From assembly GCA_028281405.1 (NCBI GenBank), contig JANQKA010000734.1, positions 1 through 59,028 on the forward strand: a DNA stretch of 59,028 bases. The letters are read 5' to 3'. A program made the translations under genes and the position numbers. Positions 1-9,684 of this stretch are shown in pieces. Position 1 is the stretch's first letter, and each line of letters opens with the position of its first letter. This DNA is from Hasllibacter sp. (GTDB lineage Bacteria; Pseudomonadota; Alphaproteobacteria; Rhodobacterales; Rhodobacteraceae). The notes beneath the pieces were generated by a model. The model saw only the letters and a list, made by a program, of their open reading frames with translations. It was not told where the DNA came from and did no database searches.

Positions 1-1
1 G

Positions 2-259
2 GATCTGACCGCCGAACGCATGGGGTGGATAATCGACGAGCTCGCCGCGGGCCGCGTGCCGACGCCGGGGCCGCAGAATGGTCGATTCGCTTCGGAACCA
101 TTGGCGGGCCTGACCAGCCTTCCAGACTATGAAAGCGGTCGCACCAAGCACAACGTCTCGGTCCAGATCGCCACCGAAATCGGAGACACCGTGAAACGAA
201 TCGATGGCACGGAAGCCCGTTGGCCGCGGGACGCGGTGGCGCTGGGAAGGGCGGGATAA
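2..259 (+). CDS. nuoE: NADH-quinone oxidoreductase subunit E, C-terminal fragment (5' end outside window)
   Basis: Frame 2 is open from the window edge and reads DLTAERMGWIIDELAAGRVPTPGPQNGRFASEPLAGLTSL... This resembles my recollection of the alphaproteobacterial NuoE/Nqo2 C-terminal signature. TAA stop at 257-259; nuoF-N follow downstream. Confidence 0.6.
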   Translation, partial: DLTAERMGWIIDELAAGRVPTPGPQNGRFASEPLAGLTSLPDYESGRTKHNVSVQIATEIGDTVKRIDGTEARWPRDAVALGRAG

Positions 260-981
260 CGCGGTTTCGCCGGGAGAACGGCGGCCCGCCCGGAACCCTC
301 CGGAACTGTCGGCCCTTGTCCCGCCAAGACAAGGTCGATTCGCCGCCAAGGACGGACGCGGGGCGGTCCGTCATATTGCACGCGGGGGCGTGGCGAAACC
401 GCCCGGTGCGCGGACCGCGGCTACGGATTCGCCGCCGACGTCCATCGACGAAGTCGGTGATCGTCGTCGGCTCCCTGTCGGTGGATATTGGTGGCGCGGG
501 AGATGGTGACGGATGCCGAAACCGCCGATGTGACGCGAGGACGCCCACGGCGGCACCTGTTTCGATGATTCGGGTGGAGTTGATTCGTGAATCGATGGAA
601 GCCATCCTCGGGAAGTGATTCGCGGCTTGCCCGGTTTGGTCGAGCGGGTCATCGGCGACGGCCGATGCTACACGTATTTTCGGGCGTGGGGGCGGGTGGT
701 GCTCCGATGAGGCCGGAACGGTTGCCGCAGTCAAGAGCGGGCGAGCGACCTTGTCTGGGGGAGGCCGTGGGCGCGCCGCCGCTGGATGGATTCTTCGAAG
801 GGGTCAACGTGGCCGCTCCGGCGTTCATCGGGCTAGGGCGAACCGACTCGACAAAGTGTTGCTCAAAATTGTATATATTCAGGGGTTGACGCCCCCCGTA
901 CATCCGTGCGAATCGGGGCGAATCACCAACTCAAACAAGAAGACTGCTACCTAAGGCAGCTAACGCAAGGCAGAGGATGAT

Positions 982-1230
982 ATGAAGAACGATCAAAAAT
1001 TCCGCTTCGTGGTATTCGAGGAGGACGGCATCTTTGTCGCACAGTGCCTCGAGTTCGACGTTTGCACTCAGGCTCCCGACAAGGAGACCCTTCGTGAGCG
1101 CGTGGATTTCCTGATGGAAATCGAGCTCGAAGAGATGGAGCGGACGGGGAAACGGCTTGACCCCGCGCCCGAAGTGTTCCACAACATGTGGGAAAGCGGC
1201 GGCCACACCTACCGCGATGTAGCCGCCTAA
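982..1230 (+). CDS. HicB-like (UPF0150-type) antitoxin-family small protein
   Basis: 82 aa. KFRFVVFEEDGIFVAQCLEFDVCTQAPDKETLRERV follows the HicB N-domain pattern (x-v-le-eeDG-y-a-cpel-gc-tqg-t-eEa). AGAGGA Shine-Dalgarno lies just upstream of the ATG. Sits in a locally lower-G+C patch. Confidence 0.5.
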   Translation: MKNDQKFRFVVFEEDGIFVAQCLEFDVCTQAPDKETLRERVDFLMEIELEEMERTGKRLDPAPEVFHNMWESGGHTYRDVAA

Positions 1231-1294
1231 TACAAAATTGCCGCCCTCCGCGCGCCACAGGCAGCGCGGAGGGCGCGAATACGAGGAAAATCTG

Positions 1295-1546
1295 ATGGCT
1301 TTTCCATTTGACCGCGCTCCCGATGTGAGGGAATACGTCACATGGCTTGTCGAAGAGGGGGGCGGACGCGTTAAGGAAGGTGTCCGCGGAACTTGGTCGG
1401 TGATTCGACTTGAAACGGACGATGGCTACGCGTACATCGCGATGCAGAGGGATGATGAACCTTTGGCGCCGTCAAAGGTTGCGTCCTTGGATCGTCGACT
1501 GAATGTCAATTCTCCGTTCCCGAAGCCACCACTCCCATACAGTTGA
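1295..1546 (+). CDS. hypothetical small protein, possible partner of the HicB-like ORF
   Basis: 83 aa from ATG 1295, with GAGGA 7 nt upstream. Protein-like composition. Loose HicA-like layout (VREYVTWLVEEGG..G.W..IRLE..DG.A.I.M...D.EPLAPSKVASLDRRL), but the GSH catalytic His position reads GTW. The family call is tentative. Confidence 0.35.
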   Translation: MAFPFDRAPDVREYVTWLVEEGGGRVKEGVRGTWSVIRLETDDGYAYIAMQRDDEPLAPSKVASLDRRLNVNSPFPKPPLPYS

Positions 1547-1653
1547 TTCGGCACCGAATGCCGTTTGGAGCATTCGGACGGTCGTGGAATTGCCTCGTTT
1601 CGTTTTTGGTTTGTTCCGATCCGGCCCAGAATCCGAATCACAACTAAATCTCA

Positions 1654-1680
1654 CGCCCGTCTCCGAAGAGGAGACGGGCG
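1654..1680. terminator. GC-rich hairpin (11-bp perfect stem, 5-nt loop), possible bidirectional terminator
   Basis: CGCCCGTCTCC-GAAGA-GGAGACGGGCG, about 100 nt after the 1295-1546 ORF. No clean T-tract on the plus strand; a short ATTT follows on the minus strand. Confidence 0.35.
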
Positions 1681-2253
1681 TCGATAATCGGGATTCGACT
1701 GCTGATTCGTCGCCGAACCAGGGAGGAGGATGCCAGCGGTCCTTCTTGATACCACTATTGGACACGTCTTGGGAGCTCTCAACCGCGGCGGGGCAGGGTA
1801 TCGTGTTAGGACCGACGAACATCAAGATTTTTGGGGCTCGGAGGACCGTCCGCCGTTGCCAAGTGGGAGATTTTCCGCGCTTGGTTGGGATGCTCCACTA
1901 TGGTCAATGTCGAATCGGTAACGGCGTCGGCGTGCGTTCGGTATCTGACGCGAATTTGAGGAGCACCGCTGATTCGAATCGGTCTGCCGGTCGACTCGCG
2001 ACCATACGGGACTCATCCCCGCATCTCCGCGTATCAGAGGTTCTGGAGTTCCGGCTGTGACCCGCCGCTTACCCGTTCCTGCTGGAAAGAGCGGATTCCG
2101 AAGCGTCCCGCGAATCGATTTCCGTCTTGCGAACAGGGAGCTACCGTCCCTATACTCCGGCGGACGGGGCGCGGGGTCGGAGTTTTCCGACGAACGGACG
2201 CCTGGAAAACAAGGGACCGCGCGCTCGCCCCGCGCTCCGACCCGGGAGTTGGA

Positions 2254-2469
2254 ATGGCCATGGACGAAGAGACCCGGCGCGCGCGCGTGGCGGCGGTCGT
2301 GATCATCGCGGTCGCGGTCGTCTGGCTTTCCCTGCAATGGCTGGGGAAAGGCATGGGGTGGACACCGCGGACGATGGCGTTCTTCGACCTCGCGGCGCTG
2401 GCGGGGTTCGCTTGGGCGCTCGTGAACGTGTGCCGGATATGGCTCTCGCGCCGGAATTCGGGAGACTAG
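2254..2469 (+). CDS. small two-TM membrane protein (nuo-cluster URF)
   Basis: 71 aa with two hydrophobic helices (VAAVVIIAVAVVWLSLQWL and FFDLAALAGFAWALVNVC). Stop lies 3 nt before the nuoF ATG, suggesting coupling. Confidence 0.5.
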   Translation: MAMDEETRRARVAAVVIIAVAVVWLSLQWLGKGMGWTPRTMAFFDLAALAGFAWALVNVCRIWLSRRNSGD

Positions 2470-2472
2470 GGC

Positions 2473-3756
2473 ATGCTCTCCGATCAAGACCGGATTTTCA
2501 CCAATCTCTACGGCATGCACGAGCGAAGCCTCGCGGGAGCGAGGACGCGCGGCCACTGGGACGGCACCGCCGGAATCATCGGCAGGGGCCGCGACTGGAT
2601 CGTGGAGGAGATGAAGGCGTCCGGATTGCGCGGCCGCGGCGGCGCGGGCTTTCCAACCGGCCTGAAGTGGTCGTTCATGCCCAAGGAAAGCGACGGGCGG
2701 CCCGCGTATCTGGTCGTGAACGCCGACGAATCGGAGCCGGGCACGTGCAAGGACCGCGAGATCATGCGCCATGATCCGCACACGTTGATCGAGGGATGTC
2801 TCATCGCCTCCTTCGCGATGGGCGCCCACGCCTGCTACATCTACATCCGAGGCGAATACATCCGCGAACGCGAGGCCCTGCAGGCCGCCGTCGACGAATG
2901 CTACGAAGCCGGCCTCCTGGGCCGCGACGCCGCGGGTTCCGGGTGGGATTTCGACCTGTACCTGCACCACGGCGCCGGGGCCTACATCTGCGGGGAGGAG
3001 ACCGCCCTGCTCGAATCGCTCGAGGGACGGAAGGGCATGCCGCGCATGAAGCCTCCGTTTCCGGCGGGCGCGGGGCTCTACGGCTGCCCGACCACGGTGA
3101 ACAACGTCGAATCAATCGCGGTCGTGCCCACGATCCTGCGCCGCGGGGGATCGTGGTTCGCCGGATTCGGCCGCGAGAACAACGCCGGCACCAAAATTTT
3201 CGCCATCTCCGGCCATGTGAACAACCCCTGCGTGGTCGAGGAGGAGATGTCGATTCCGCTCAGGGAACTTCTCGACAGGCACTGCGGCGGGGTCCGCGGC
3301 GGGTGGGACAACCTGAAGGCGGTCATTCCCGGCGGATCATCCGTGCCGTGCCTGCCGAAATCCCTGTGCGACGACGCGCTCATGGACTTCGACTGGCTGC
3401 GGGATCAAAAGTCCGGCCTCGGAACGGCGGCGGTGATCGTGATGGACGGGTCCACCGACATCGTGAAGGCGATCTGGCGGCTGTCGAAATTCTACAAGCA
3501 CGAGAGCTGCGGACAGTGCACGCCCTGCCGCGAGGGCGCGGGCTGGATGATGAGGGTCATGGAGCGCCTGGTCCACGGAACGGCGGACGCGGGCGAGATC
3601 GACATGCTGCTGGACGTCACCAAACAGGTCGAGGGCCACACGATCTGCGCCCTCGGCGACGCCGCGGCCTGGCCGATCCAAGGCCTGATCCGTCATTTCC
3701 GCGGGGAGATCGAGGACCGCCTCAAGGGGCGGGGAGCCGCAATCGCCGCCGAATGA
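2473..3756 (+). CDS. nuoF: NADH-quinone oxidoreductase subunit F (51 kDa, FMN/NADH-binding)
   Basis: 427 aa. [30 protein letters not shown] and the [12 protein letters not shown] 4Fe-4S motif. Confidence 0.97.
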   Translation: MLSDQDRIFTNLYGMHERSLAGARTRGHWDGTAGIIGRGRDWIVEEMKASGLRGRGGAGFPTGLKWSFMPKESDGRPAYLVVNADESEPGTCKDREIMRHDPHTLIEGCLIASFAMGAHACYIYIRGEYIREREALQAAVDECYEAGLLGRDAAGSGWDFDLYLHHGAGAYICGEETALLESLEGRKGMPRMKPPFPAGAGLYGCPTTVNNVESIAVVPTILRRGGSWFAGFGRENNAGTKIFAISGHVNNPCVVEEEMSIPLRELLDRHCGGVRGGWDNLKAVIPGGSSVPCLPKSLCDDALMDFDWLRDQKSGLGTAAVIVMDGSTDIVKAIWRLSKFYKHESCGQCTPCREGAGWMMRVMERLVHGTADAGEIDMLLDVTKQVEGHTICALGDAAAWPIQGLIRHFRGEIEDRLKGRGAAIAAE

Positions 3757-3841
3757 GCGAATCATCCGGGAGGATCCCTTGATCGCGCCCCGGGATCGGG
3801 GTAAGTTGGCGCGAAGCATCGGTAGACACCGGATCCGATCC

Positions 3842-4240
3842 ATGAGGATATTCGCCGCCGCGGTGTTCGCCGCACTTCTCGCAGCCCCCGCGGGCGCGGA
3901 GTCGCTCGGGAGCGGGGACGACTACATCGACGACCGCCTGCTCGCGGCGGCCATCAGCGACGAGATCAGGAAGAGGTGCGACAGCATATCGCCGCGAATC
4001 ATCCGCTTCTACTTCGAGGTGAGAAGCCTCAAGCGCTACGCCAACGAGCAGGGGTTCTCCGACGAGGAGATCAGCGAATTCCTGGATTCCGAGGAAAACA
4101 TCGAGTATTTCGAGGGTCTGCGGGACGCTTATTTGGAGAGCAAGGGAGCCGTTCCCGACGACGACGAGAGCTACTGCGCCGTTGGCCGGGGTGAAATCGA
4201 TCAAGGAACCCTGGCCGGAAGCTTGATATGGTCCAGATAA
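3842..4240 (+). CDS. small exported protein (nuo-cluster URF)
   Basis: ATG at 3842 gives [23 protein letters not shown], a signal-peptide-like N-terminus, followed by an acidic 110-aa body. Located between nuoF and nuoG. Confidence 0.5.
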   Translation: MRIFAAAVFAALLAAPAGAESLGSGDDYIDDRLLAAAISDEIRKRCDSISPRIIRFYFEVRSLKRYANEQGFSDEEISEFLDSEENIEYFEGLRDAYLESKGAVPDDDESYCAVGRGEIDQGTLAGSLIWSR

Positions 4241-4337
4241 CCCGGACGACCGCCGCTCCCCCTTGCGCCCGGCCGGGCGGAAGGGCACAAGGGCGCCGAT
4301 TCGCGGGCATGGGGCCCGCTTGGGATTTTGGTGCCTC

Positions 4338-6365
4338 ATGTCCGACCTTCGCAAGATTCTCATCGACGACGCCGAGATCGAGGTGGACCCGGCGCTGACG
4401 CTGATCCAGGCCTGCGAACTGGCCGGAGTCGAGATTCCCCGCTTCTGCTATCACGAGAGGCTTTCCATCGCCGGAAATTGCCGAATGTGCCTCGTGGAGG
4501 TCGTCGGCGGCCCGCCCAAGCCGGCGGCGTCCTGCGCGATGCAGGTGCGGGATCTGCGCGGCGGGCCCGACGGCGCGCCGCCGAGGGTCAGCACCAAATC
4601 CCCCATGGTGAGGAAGGCGCGGGAGGGGGTGATGGAATTCCTGCTCATCAATCATCCGCTCGATTGCCCCATCTGCGATCAGGGCGGGGAGTGCGACCTG
4701 CAGGATCAGGCGATGGCCTACGGCGTGGACTTTTCGCGCTACCGCGAACCGAAGCGGGCCGCGACGGAGCTCGACCTCGGGCCGTTGGTGGAGACGCACA
4801 TGACCCGCTGCATCTCCTGCACCCGCTGTGTGCGCTTCACCACCGAGGTGGCCGGCATCTCGCAGATGGGCCAGACGGGCCGGGGAGAGGACAGCGAAAT
4901 CACCAGCTACCTCAACCGGACGCTCGATTCGAACCTGCAGGGCAACATCATCGATCTGTGCCCGGTCGGCGCGCTGGTGTCGAAGCCCTACGCCTTCACG
5001 GCGCGGCCTTGGGAACTGACCAAGACGGAATCGATCGACGTCATGGACGCGCTGGGTTCGTCGATCCGCGTCGACGCCAAGGGACGGGAGGTCATGCGGT
5101 TCCTTCCGGTGAACCACGACGGCGTCAACGAGGAATGGATATCGGACAAGACCCGATTCGTTTGGGACGGGTTGCGCCGCCAACGGCTGGACAAGCCCTA
5201 CATCCGGGCTCGGGGCAAACTGGTCCCCGCCGATTGGGAGGCGGCGCTGTCCGAGGCCGCGCGGGCGCTCGTCGGCGCCCGCAAGGTGGCGGGGCTTGTG
5301 GGCGATCTCGCCCCGACCGAGGCGGTTTTCGCCCTGAAGGGCCTCGTGGAGGGCCTCGGAGGATCGGTCGAGTGCAGGTTGGACGGCGCCCGGTTGCCCG
5401 CCGGAAACCGCTCGGCCTACGCCGGCACCGGGAGAATCGAGGATATCGACGAAGCCGCGGCGATCATGCTGATCGGCGCGAACCCGTCGATGGAGGCTCC
5501 GGTTCTGAACGCCCGCATCCGCAAGGCTTGGCTGAGGGGCGCCCGGATTGGATTGGTCGGACCCGCGTCCGACCTCACCTACGACTATTTCCACGCGGGA
5601 TCGGACCCCGCCGCCCTGTCCGGCTTGATCGACCACGACCATTCGGCGGTCGCCGACCTGAACTCCGTCGTAATCGTCGGACAGGGGGCGGTCTCCCGAG
5701 AAGACGGATCCGCGGTGATGGGCGAGGCGATGGCCCTGGCCGAGGCCACCAAATCGAAACTGTTGGTTTTGCACACCGCCGCGAGCCGCGTCGGGGCGCT
5801 CGACGTCAGCGCCGTCGCCGAAGGCGGGCTCGGGGCGGCCCTGGACGGAGCGGACGTGATCCTCAATCTGGGCGCGGACGAAATCGACATGCCGGACGGA
5901 GCCTTCGTGATTTATCAGGGCAGCCACGGCGACAGGGGCGCGAACCGGGCCGACGTGATCCTGCCGGCCGCCGCCTACACCGAGGAGCCCGGCCTGTTCG
6001 TCAATACGGAGGGCCGTCCGCAATTTGCGTTCCGTGCCACATTCCCGCCGGGGGAGGCCAAGGAGAACTGGGCGATCCTCAGAGCCTTGTCGGACAAGGC
6101 CGGCGCGGTCCTTCCCTACGACTCCCTCGACGCGCTGCGCCGCGGGATTGTGGCGGTGGCGCCGCATCTGAAAGCGGTCGGAGAAGTGCCGGAGAACGCG
6201 TTCGAGCCGATCGGCCGGACACCCGGAGGGTTGACGGGAGCGCCGTTCGCCGAGGCGGTTTCGGACTTTTATTTGACGAATCCGATCGCGCGGGCGAGCG
6301 GCGTGATGGCGGAGTTGTCCGCGAACGCCGCCGAGCGCGCCGCGGTTAAATTGGCGGCGGAATAG
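4338..6365 (+). CDS. nuoG: NADH-quinone oxidoreductase subunit G (75 kDa Fe-S subunit)
   Basis: [16 protein letters not shown]... with the [19 protein letters not shown] 2Fe-2S and [18 protein letters not shown] 4Fe-4S motifs. ATG 4338 chosen inside ORF 4263-6365. Confidence 0.95.
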   Translation: MSDLRKILIDDAEIEVDPALTLIQACELAGVEIPRFCYHERLSIAGNCRMCLVEVVGGPPKPAASCAMQVRDLRGGPDGAPPRVSTKSPMVRKAREGVMEFLLINHPLDCPICDQGGECDLQDQAMAYGVDFSRYREPKRAATELDLGPLVETHMTRCISCTRCVRFTTEVAGISQMGQTGRGEDSEITSYLNRTLDSNLQGNIIDLCPVGALVSKPYAFTARPWELTKTESIDVMDALGSSIRVDAKGREVMRFLPVNHDGVNEEWISDKTRFVWDGLRRQRLDKPYIRARGKLVPADWEAALSEAARALVGARKVAGLVGDLAPTEAVFALKGLVEGLGGSVECRLDGARLPAGNRSAYAGTGRIEDIDEAAAIMLIGANPSMEAPVLNARIRKAWLRGARIGLVGPASDLTYDYFHAGSDPAALSGLIDHDHSAVADLNSVVIVGQGAVSREDGSAVMGEAMALAEATKSKLLVLHTAASRVGALDVSAVAEGGLGAALDGADVILNLGADEIDMPDGAFVIYQGSHGDRGANRADVILPAAAYTEEPGLFVNTEGRPQFAFRATFPPGEAKENWAILRALSDKAGAVLPYDSLDALRRGIVAVAPHLKAVGEVPENAFEPIGRTPGGLTGAPFAEAVSDFYLTNPIARASGVMAELSANAAERAAVKLAAE

Positions 6366-6815
6366 GGATGCGCCGCGCCTCGGCCGCGCACCCGCCTTCG
6401 GCGTTCCGCGTCGCGCCCGCCGCCGTTCCCCGCGGCGGCGGCCGTCGAAGCGTCGGAATCGGCGGGTTGCGGAGCGGCCGATGGCCGCGACGGCCTTCCG
6501 GCCCGCCGGCCGCGAGGAATTTCCCGAGGCCGGGGACGATCGGAAACGGGTGTCCGGAGACCAATTTGAACCGTCCGGCGGCAAGCGGCGCGCGCGTGCC
6601 GGCGATGGCGGGACGGACCCTCGGACCGATGTCGCCCGGTGCGGGTTCCGGAGGTTCGCCGGGGCGCGGGGAATTTCCCGGAAGGCGGTGGAAACCGGCG
6701 GAGAAATGTTGTTTACACCGATTCGGCGCCCCCCGCCGCGGACGCCGCCGGACTTCCGCCGCGCCACGCGGTTCGGGGACGCCGGAACCAGGGAGCGCCG
6801 ATCGCGTGGGACGCC

Positions 6816-7850
6816 ATGGCTGAATTCTTGACAACCCCGCTGGGAATCGCGCTCGTCGTCGCGGCGCAGTGCCTCGCCGTCATCGCCTTCGTGATGATTT
6901 CGCTGCTGTTCCTGGTCTACGCCGACCGCAAGATCTGGGCCGCCGTGCAGATGCGCCGGGGGCCCAACGTGGTCGGCGCCTACGGTCTGCTGCAGACGGT
7001 GGCCGACGCCCTGAAATACGTCGTCAAGGAAATCGTCGTTCCCGCCGGAGCCGACAAGGCGGTGTTCATGCTGGCTCCGATGCTGTCCTTCGTCCTCGCG
7101 ATCGCGCTGTGGGCGGTGATCCCGTTCGACGAGGGATGGGTGCTGGCCGACCTGAACGTCGCCGTGCTCTACGTCTTCGCGATCTCGTCGCTGGAGGTCT
7201 ACGGGGTGATCATGGGAGGGTGGGCCTCGAACTCGAAGTACCCCTTCCTCGGTTCGCTCCGCTCGGCGGCGCAGATGATTTCCTACGAGGTGTCGATCGG
7301 CTTCATCATCATCGGCGTGATCATCTCGACCGGTTCCCTCAACTTTTCCGACATCGTGAGGGCGCAGGACGGCGATTACGGCTTTTTCAGCTGGTACTGG
7401 CTGCCGCACCTGCCGATGGTCGCGCTGTTCTTCGTCTCGGCGCTGGCGGAGACCAACCGGCCGCCGTTCGATCTCCCCGAGGCCGAATCCGAACTCGTCG
7501 CGGGATATCAGGTCGAGTACTCGTCGACGCCGTTCCTGCTGTTCATGGCCGGCGAATACATCGCCATCTTCCTCATGTGCGCCTTGACGTCGCTTCTGTT
7601 CTTCGGCGGCTGGCTCAGCCCGGTCCCGTCCCTGCCCGACGGCGCGCACTGGATGATCCTGAAGATGGGGTTCTTCTTCTTTCTATTCGCGATGGTGAAG
7701 GCCGTTGTGCCGCGCTACCGCTACGACCAGTTGATGCGCCTCGGGTGGAAGGTGTTTCTGCCGCTCTCTCTCGCGTGGGTCGCCGCGGTGGCGTTCGCCG
7801 CGCATTTCGATTTGTTCGGCGGCGCCTACGCGCGCTGGCCCGTGGAGTAG
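6816..7850 (+). CDS. nuoH: NADH-quinone oxidoreductase subunit H
   Basis: [18 protein letters not shown]..., [28 protein letters not shown] motifs. ATG 6816 chosen inside the longer ORF 6639-7850. Confidence 0.93.
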   Translation: MAEFLTTPLGIALVVAAQCLAVIAFVMISLLFLVYADRKIWAAVQMRRGPNVVGAYGLLQTVADALKYVVKEIVVPAGADKAVFMLAPMLSFVLAIALWAVIPFDEGWVLADLNVAVLYVFAISSLEVYGVIMGGWASNSKYPFLGSLRSAAQMISYEVSIGFIIIGVIISTGSLNFSDIVRAQDGDYGFFSWYWLPHLPMVALFFVSALAETNRPPFDLPEAESELVAGYQVEYSSTPFLLFMAGEYIAIFLMCALTSLLFFGGWLSPVPSLPDGAHWMILKMGFFFFLFAMVKAVVPRYRYDQLMRLGWKVFLPLSLAWVAAVAFAAHFDLFGGAYARWPVE

Positions 7851-7854
7851 GAAA

Positions 7855-8346
7855 ATGGCCGTGGATCTCAAAAGGGCGGGCTGGTACCTTCTTCTCGGCG
7901 ATTTCATCGTCGGGATGGGGCTCGGCCTGAAGTATTTCTTCAAGCGGAAGGCGACGCTCAATTATCCCCATGAAAAGGGTCACCTTTCGCCCAGATTCCG
8001 CGGGGAGCACGCCCTGCGGCGCTATCCGAACGGCGAGGAGCGCTGCATCGCCTGCAAGCTTTGCGAGGCGATCTGCCCGGCGCAGGCCATCACCATAGAC
8101 GCCGAACCCCGCGCCGACGGCTCGCGACGGACCACGCGCTACGACATCGACATGACGAAATGCATCTACTGCGGATTCTGTCAGGAAGCCTGCCCGGTGG
8201 ACGCCATCGTCGAGGGACCGAATTTCGAATTTTCCACGGAAACCCGCGAGGAGCTCTTCTACACCAAGGAGAAACTCCTCGAGAACGGCGACCGCTGGGA
8301 GGCCGAGATCGCCCGCAACCTCGAAATGGACGCGCCCTACCGATGA
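7855..8346 (+). CDS. nuoI: NADH-quinone oxidoreductase subunit I (2x[4Fe-4S])
   Basis: 163 aa with [12 protein letters not shown] and [12 protein letters not shown] ferredoxin motifs. Confidence 0.96.
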   Translation: MAVDLKRAGWYLLLGDFIVGMGLGLKYFFKRKATLNYPHEKGHLSPRFRGEHALRRYPNGEERCIACKLCEAICPAQAITIDAEPRADGSRRTTRYDIDMTKCIYCGFCQEACPVDAIVEGPNFEFSTETREELFYTKEKLLENGDRWEAEIARNLEMDAPYR

Positions 8347-8753
8347 ACGACGCTCCCGGAAACCCCTACGCGGAGATGATCGCGCTCGGCCGGCGTTGGG
8401 CCGAGGCGATGAATCCGTCAACGGAGTCCTTCACGCCGAAAGGCTTCGAGGCGGTTTGGCCGACGATGCCGAAGGATCTCATGGAGATATTCATGGGCCG
8501 GACCTTCAATCCCGAGGGTTTGGACGCCAAGACGCGGCTCCTGCTGACGCTGCACGGGCTGACCATCCTTGGCGCGCGGGGCGAATCCCAGATGCGCCTG
8601 ACCGTCCGCCACGCCATAGAGGCGGGCGCCACCGCACAGGAGGTCGCGGAAACGGTCGCGATGGCGGGCGCCTTCGGCGGAGTGCCCGCGATGACAAGGG
8701 CGATGGACCTCGTCCGGGAGGCGGTGGAACCGCGCGCGGAGGGCGGGGAATGA
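8343..8753 (+). CDS. carboxymuconolactone decarboxylase (AhpD-like fold) family protein, nuo-cluster URF
   Basis: 136 aa. [17 protein letters not shown]...[29 protein letters not shown] is typical of the CMD family. Its ATG overlaps the nuoI stop (ATGA) and its stop overlaps the nuoJ ATG. Confidence 0.7.
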   Translation: MNDAPGNPYAEMIALGRRWAEAMNPSTESFTPKGFEAVWPTMPKDLMEIFMGRTFNPEGLDAKTRLLLTLHGLTILGARGESQMRLTVRHAIEAGATAQEVAETVAMAGAFGGVPAMTRAMDLVREAVEPRAEGGE

Positions 8754-9364
8754 CCCCGGCCCTGTTCGCGTTCCACGCTTTCTCGGCCGCCGCGGTCGGC
8801 GGCGGCCTGATGACGGTGCTGGCGCGGCATCCGGTTCATTCGGTGCTGTGGCTGATCCTCGCGTTCCTGTCGTCGGCGGGGCTGTTCGTGCTCGCGGGAG
8901 CAGAATTCGTGGCGATGCTGCTGATCGTCGTCTACGTGGGCGCCGTCGCCGTGCTGTTCCTGTTCGTCGTCATGATGCTCGACGTGGATTTCGCCGAACT
9001 GAAGGCGGAGATGGCGAAATTCCTGCCGCTCGGCCTTCTGATCGGGGTGATCCTTCTGATGGAGCTGGCCTTGGTGTTCGGTGTTTGGAGCGGAGCGGAG
9101 GGGGCGGTCGACTCCCGCGCGGCTCCAACGCCGGACCCCGCCGAGACGGCCAACACCGAGGCGCTCGGCGCGCTGATCTACACGCGCTACATTTATCCAT
9201 TCCAGGCGGCGGGGCTGATCCTGCTGGTGGCGATGATCGGGGCCATCGTCCTGACGCTCCGGCACCGGACGGGCGTCAAGCGCCAGGACGTGATCGCCCA
9301 GATGCACAGGAATCCGGCCGAAGCGGTGGAACTCAAGGATGTCAAACCGGGGCAGGGACTCTGA
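8750..9364 (+). CDS. nuoJ: NADH-quinone oxidoreductase subunit J
   Basis: [78 protein letters not shown]. Position between nuoI and nuoK. Confidence 0.9.
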   Translation: MTPALFAFHAFSAAAVGGGLMTVLARHPVHSVLWLILAFLSSAGLFVLAGAEFVAMLLIVVYVGAVAVLFLFVVMMLDVDFAELKAEMAKFLPLGLLIGVILLMELALVFGVWSGAEGAVDSRAAPTPDPAETANTEALGALIYTRYIYPFQAAGLILLVAMIGAIVLTLRHRTGVKRQDVIAQMHRNPAEAVELKDVKPGQGL

Positions 9365-9374
9365 GGACGGCGGC

Positions 9375-9680
9375 ATGATCACTTTGGAACACTACCTGAC
9401 CGTGGCCGCCGCGCTCTTCGTGATCGGCGTCTTCGGCATCTTCCTCAACCGGAAGAACGTCATCGTCATTCTGATGTCGATCGAATTGATGCTGCTCGCG
9501 GTGAACATCAATTTCGTGGCGTTTTCGCATTTCCTGCAGGATCTCGCGGGACAGGTGTTCACCCTCTTCGTGCTGACCGTCGCCGCGGCGGAAGCGGCGA
9601 TCGGTCTCGCCATCCTCGTCTGCTTCTTCCGCAACCGCGGGACGATCGCGGTCGAGGACGCGAACGTGATGAAGGGCTGA
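9375..9680 (+). CDS. nuoK: NADH-quinone oxidoreductase subunit K
   Basis: 101 aa. [51 protein letters not shown]. Confidence 0.93.
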   Translation: MITLEHYLTVAAALFVIGVFGIFLNRKNVIVILMSIELMLLAVNINFVAFSHFLQDLAGQVFTLFVLTVAAAEAAIGLAILVCFFRNRGTIAVEDANVMKG

Positions 9681-9684
9681 GCGG

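Noticed and set aside
6368-6834. ORFs in the nuoG-nuoH spacer (6368-6823 plus, 6346-6834 minus)
   Set aside because: Low-complexity Arg/Gly/Pro translations with no Shine-Dalgarno or start context. Treated as non-coding spacer.
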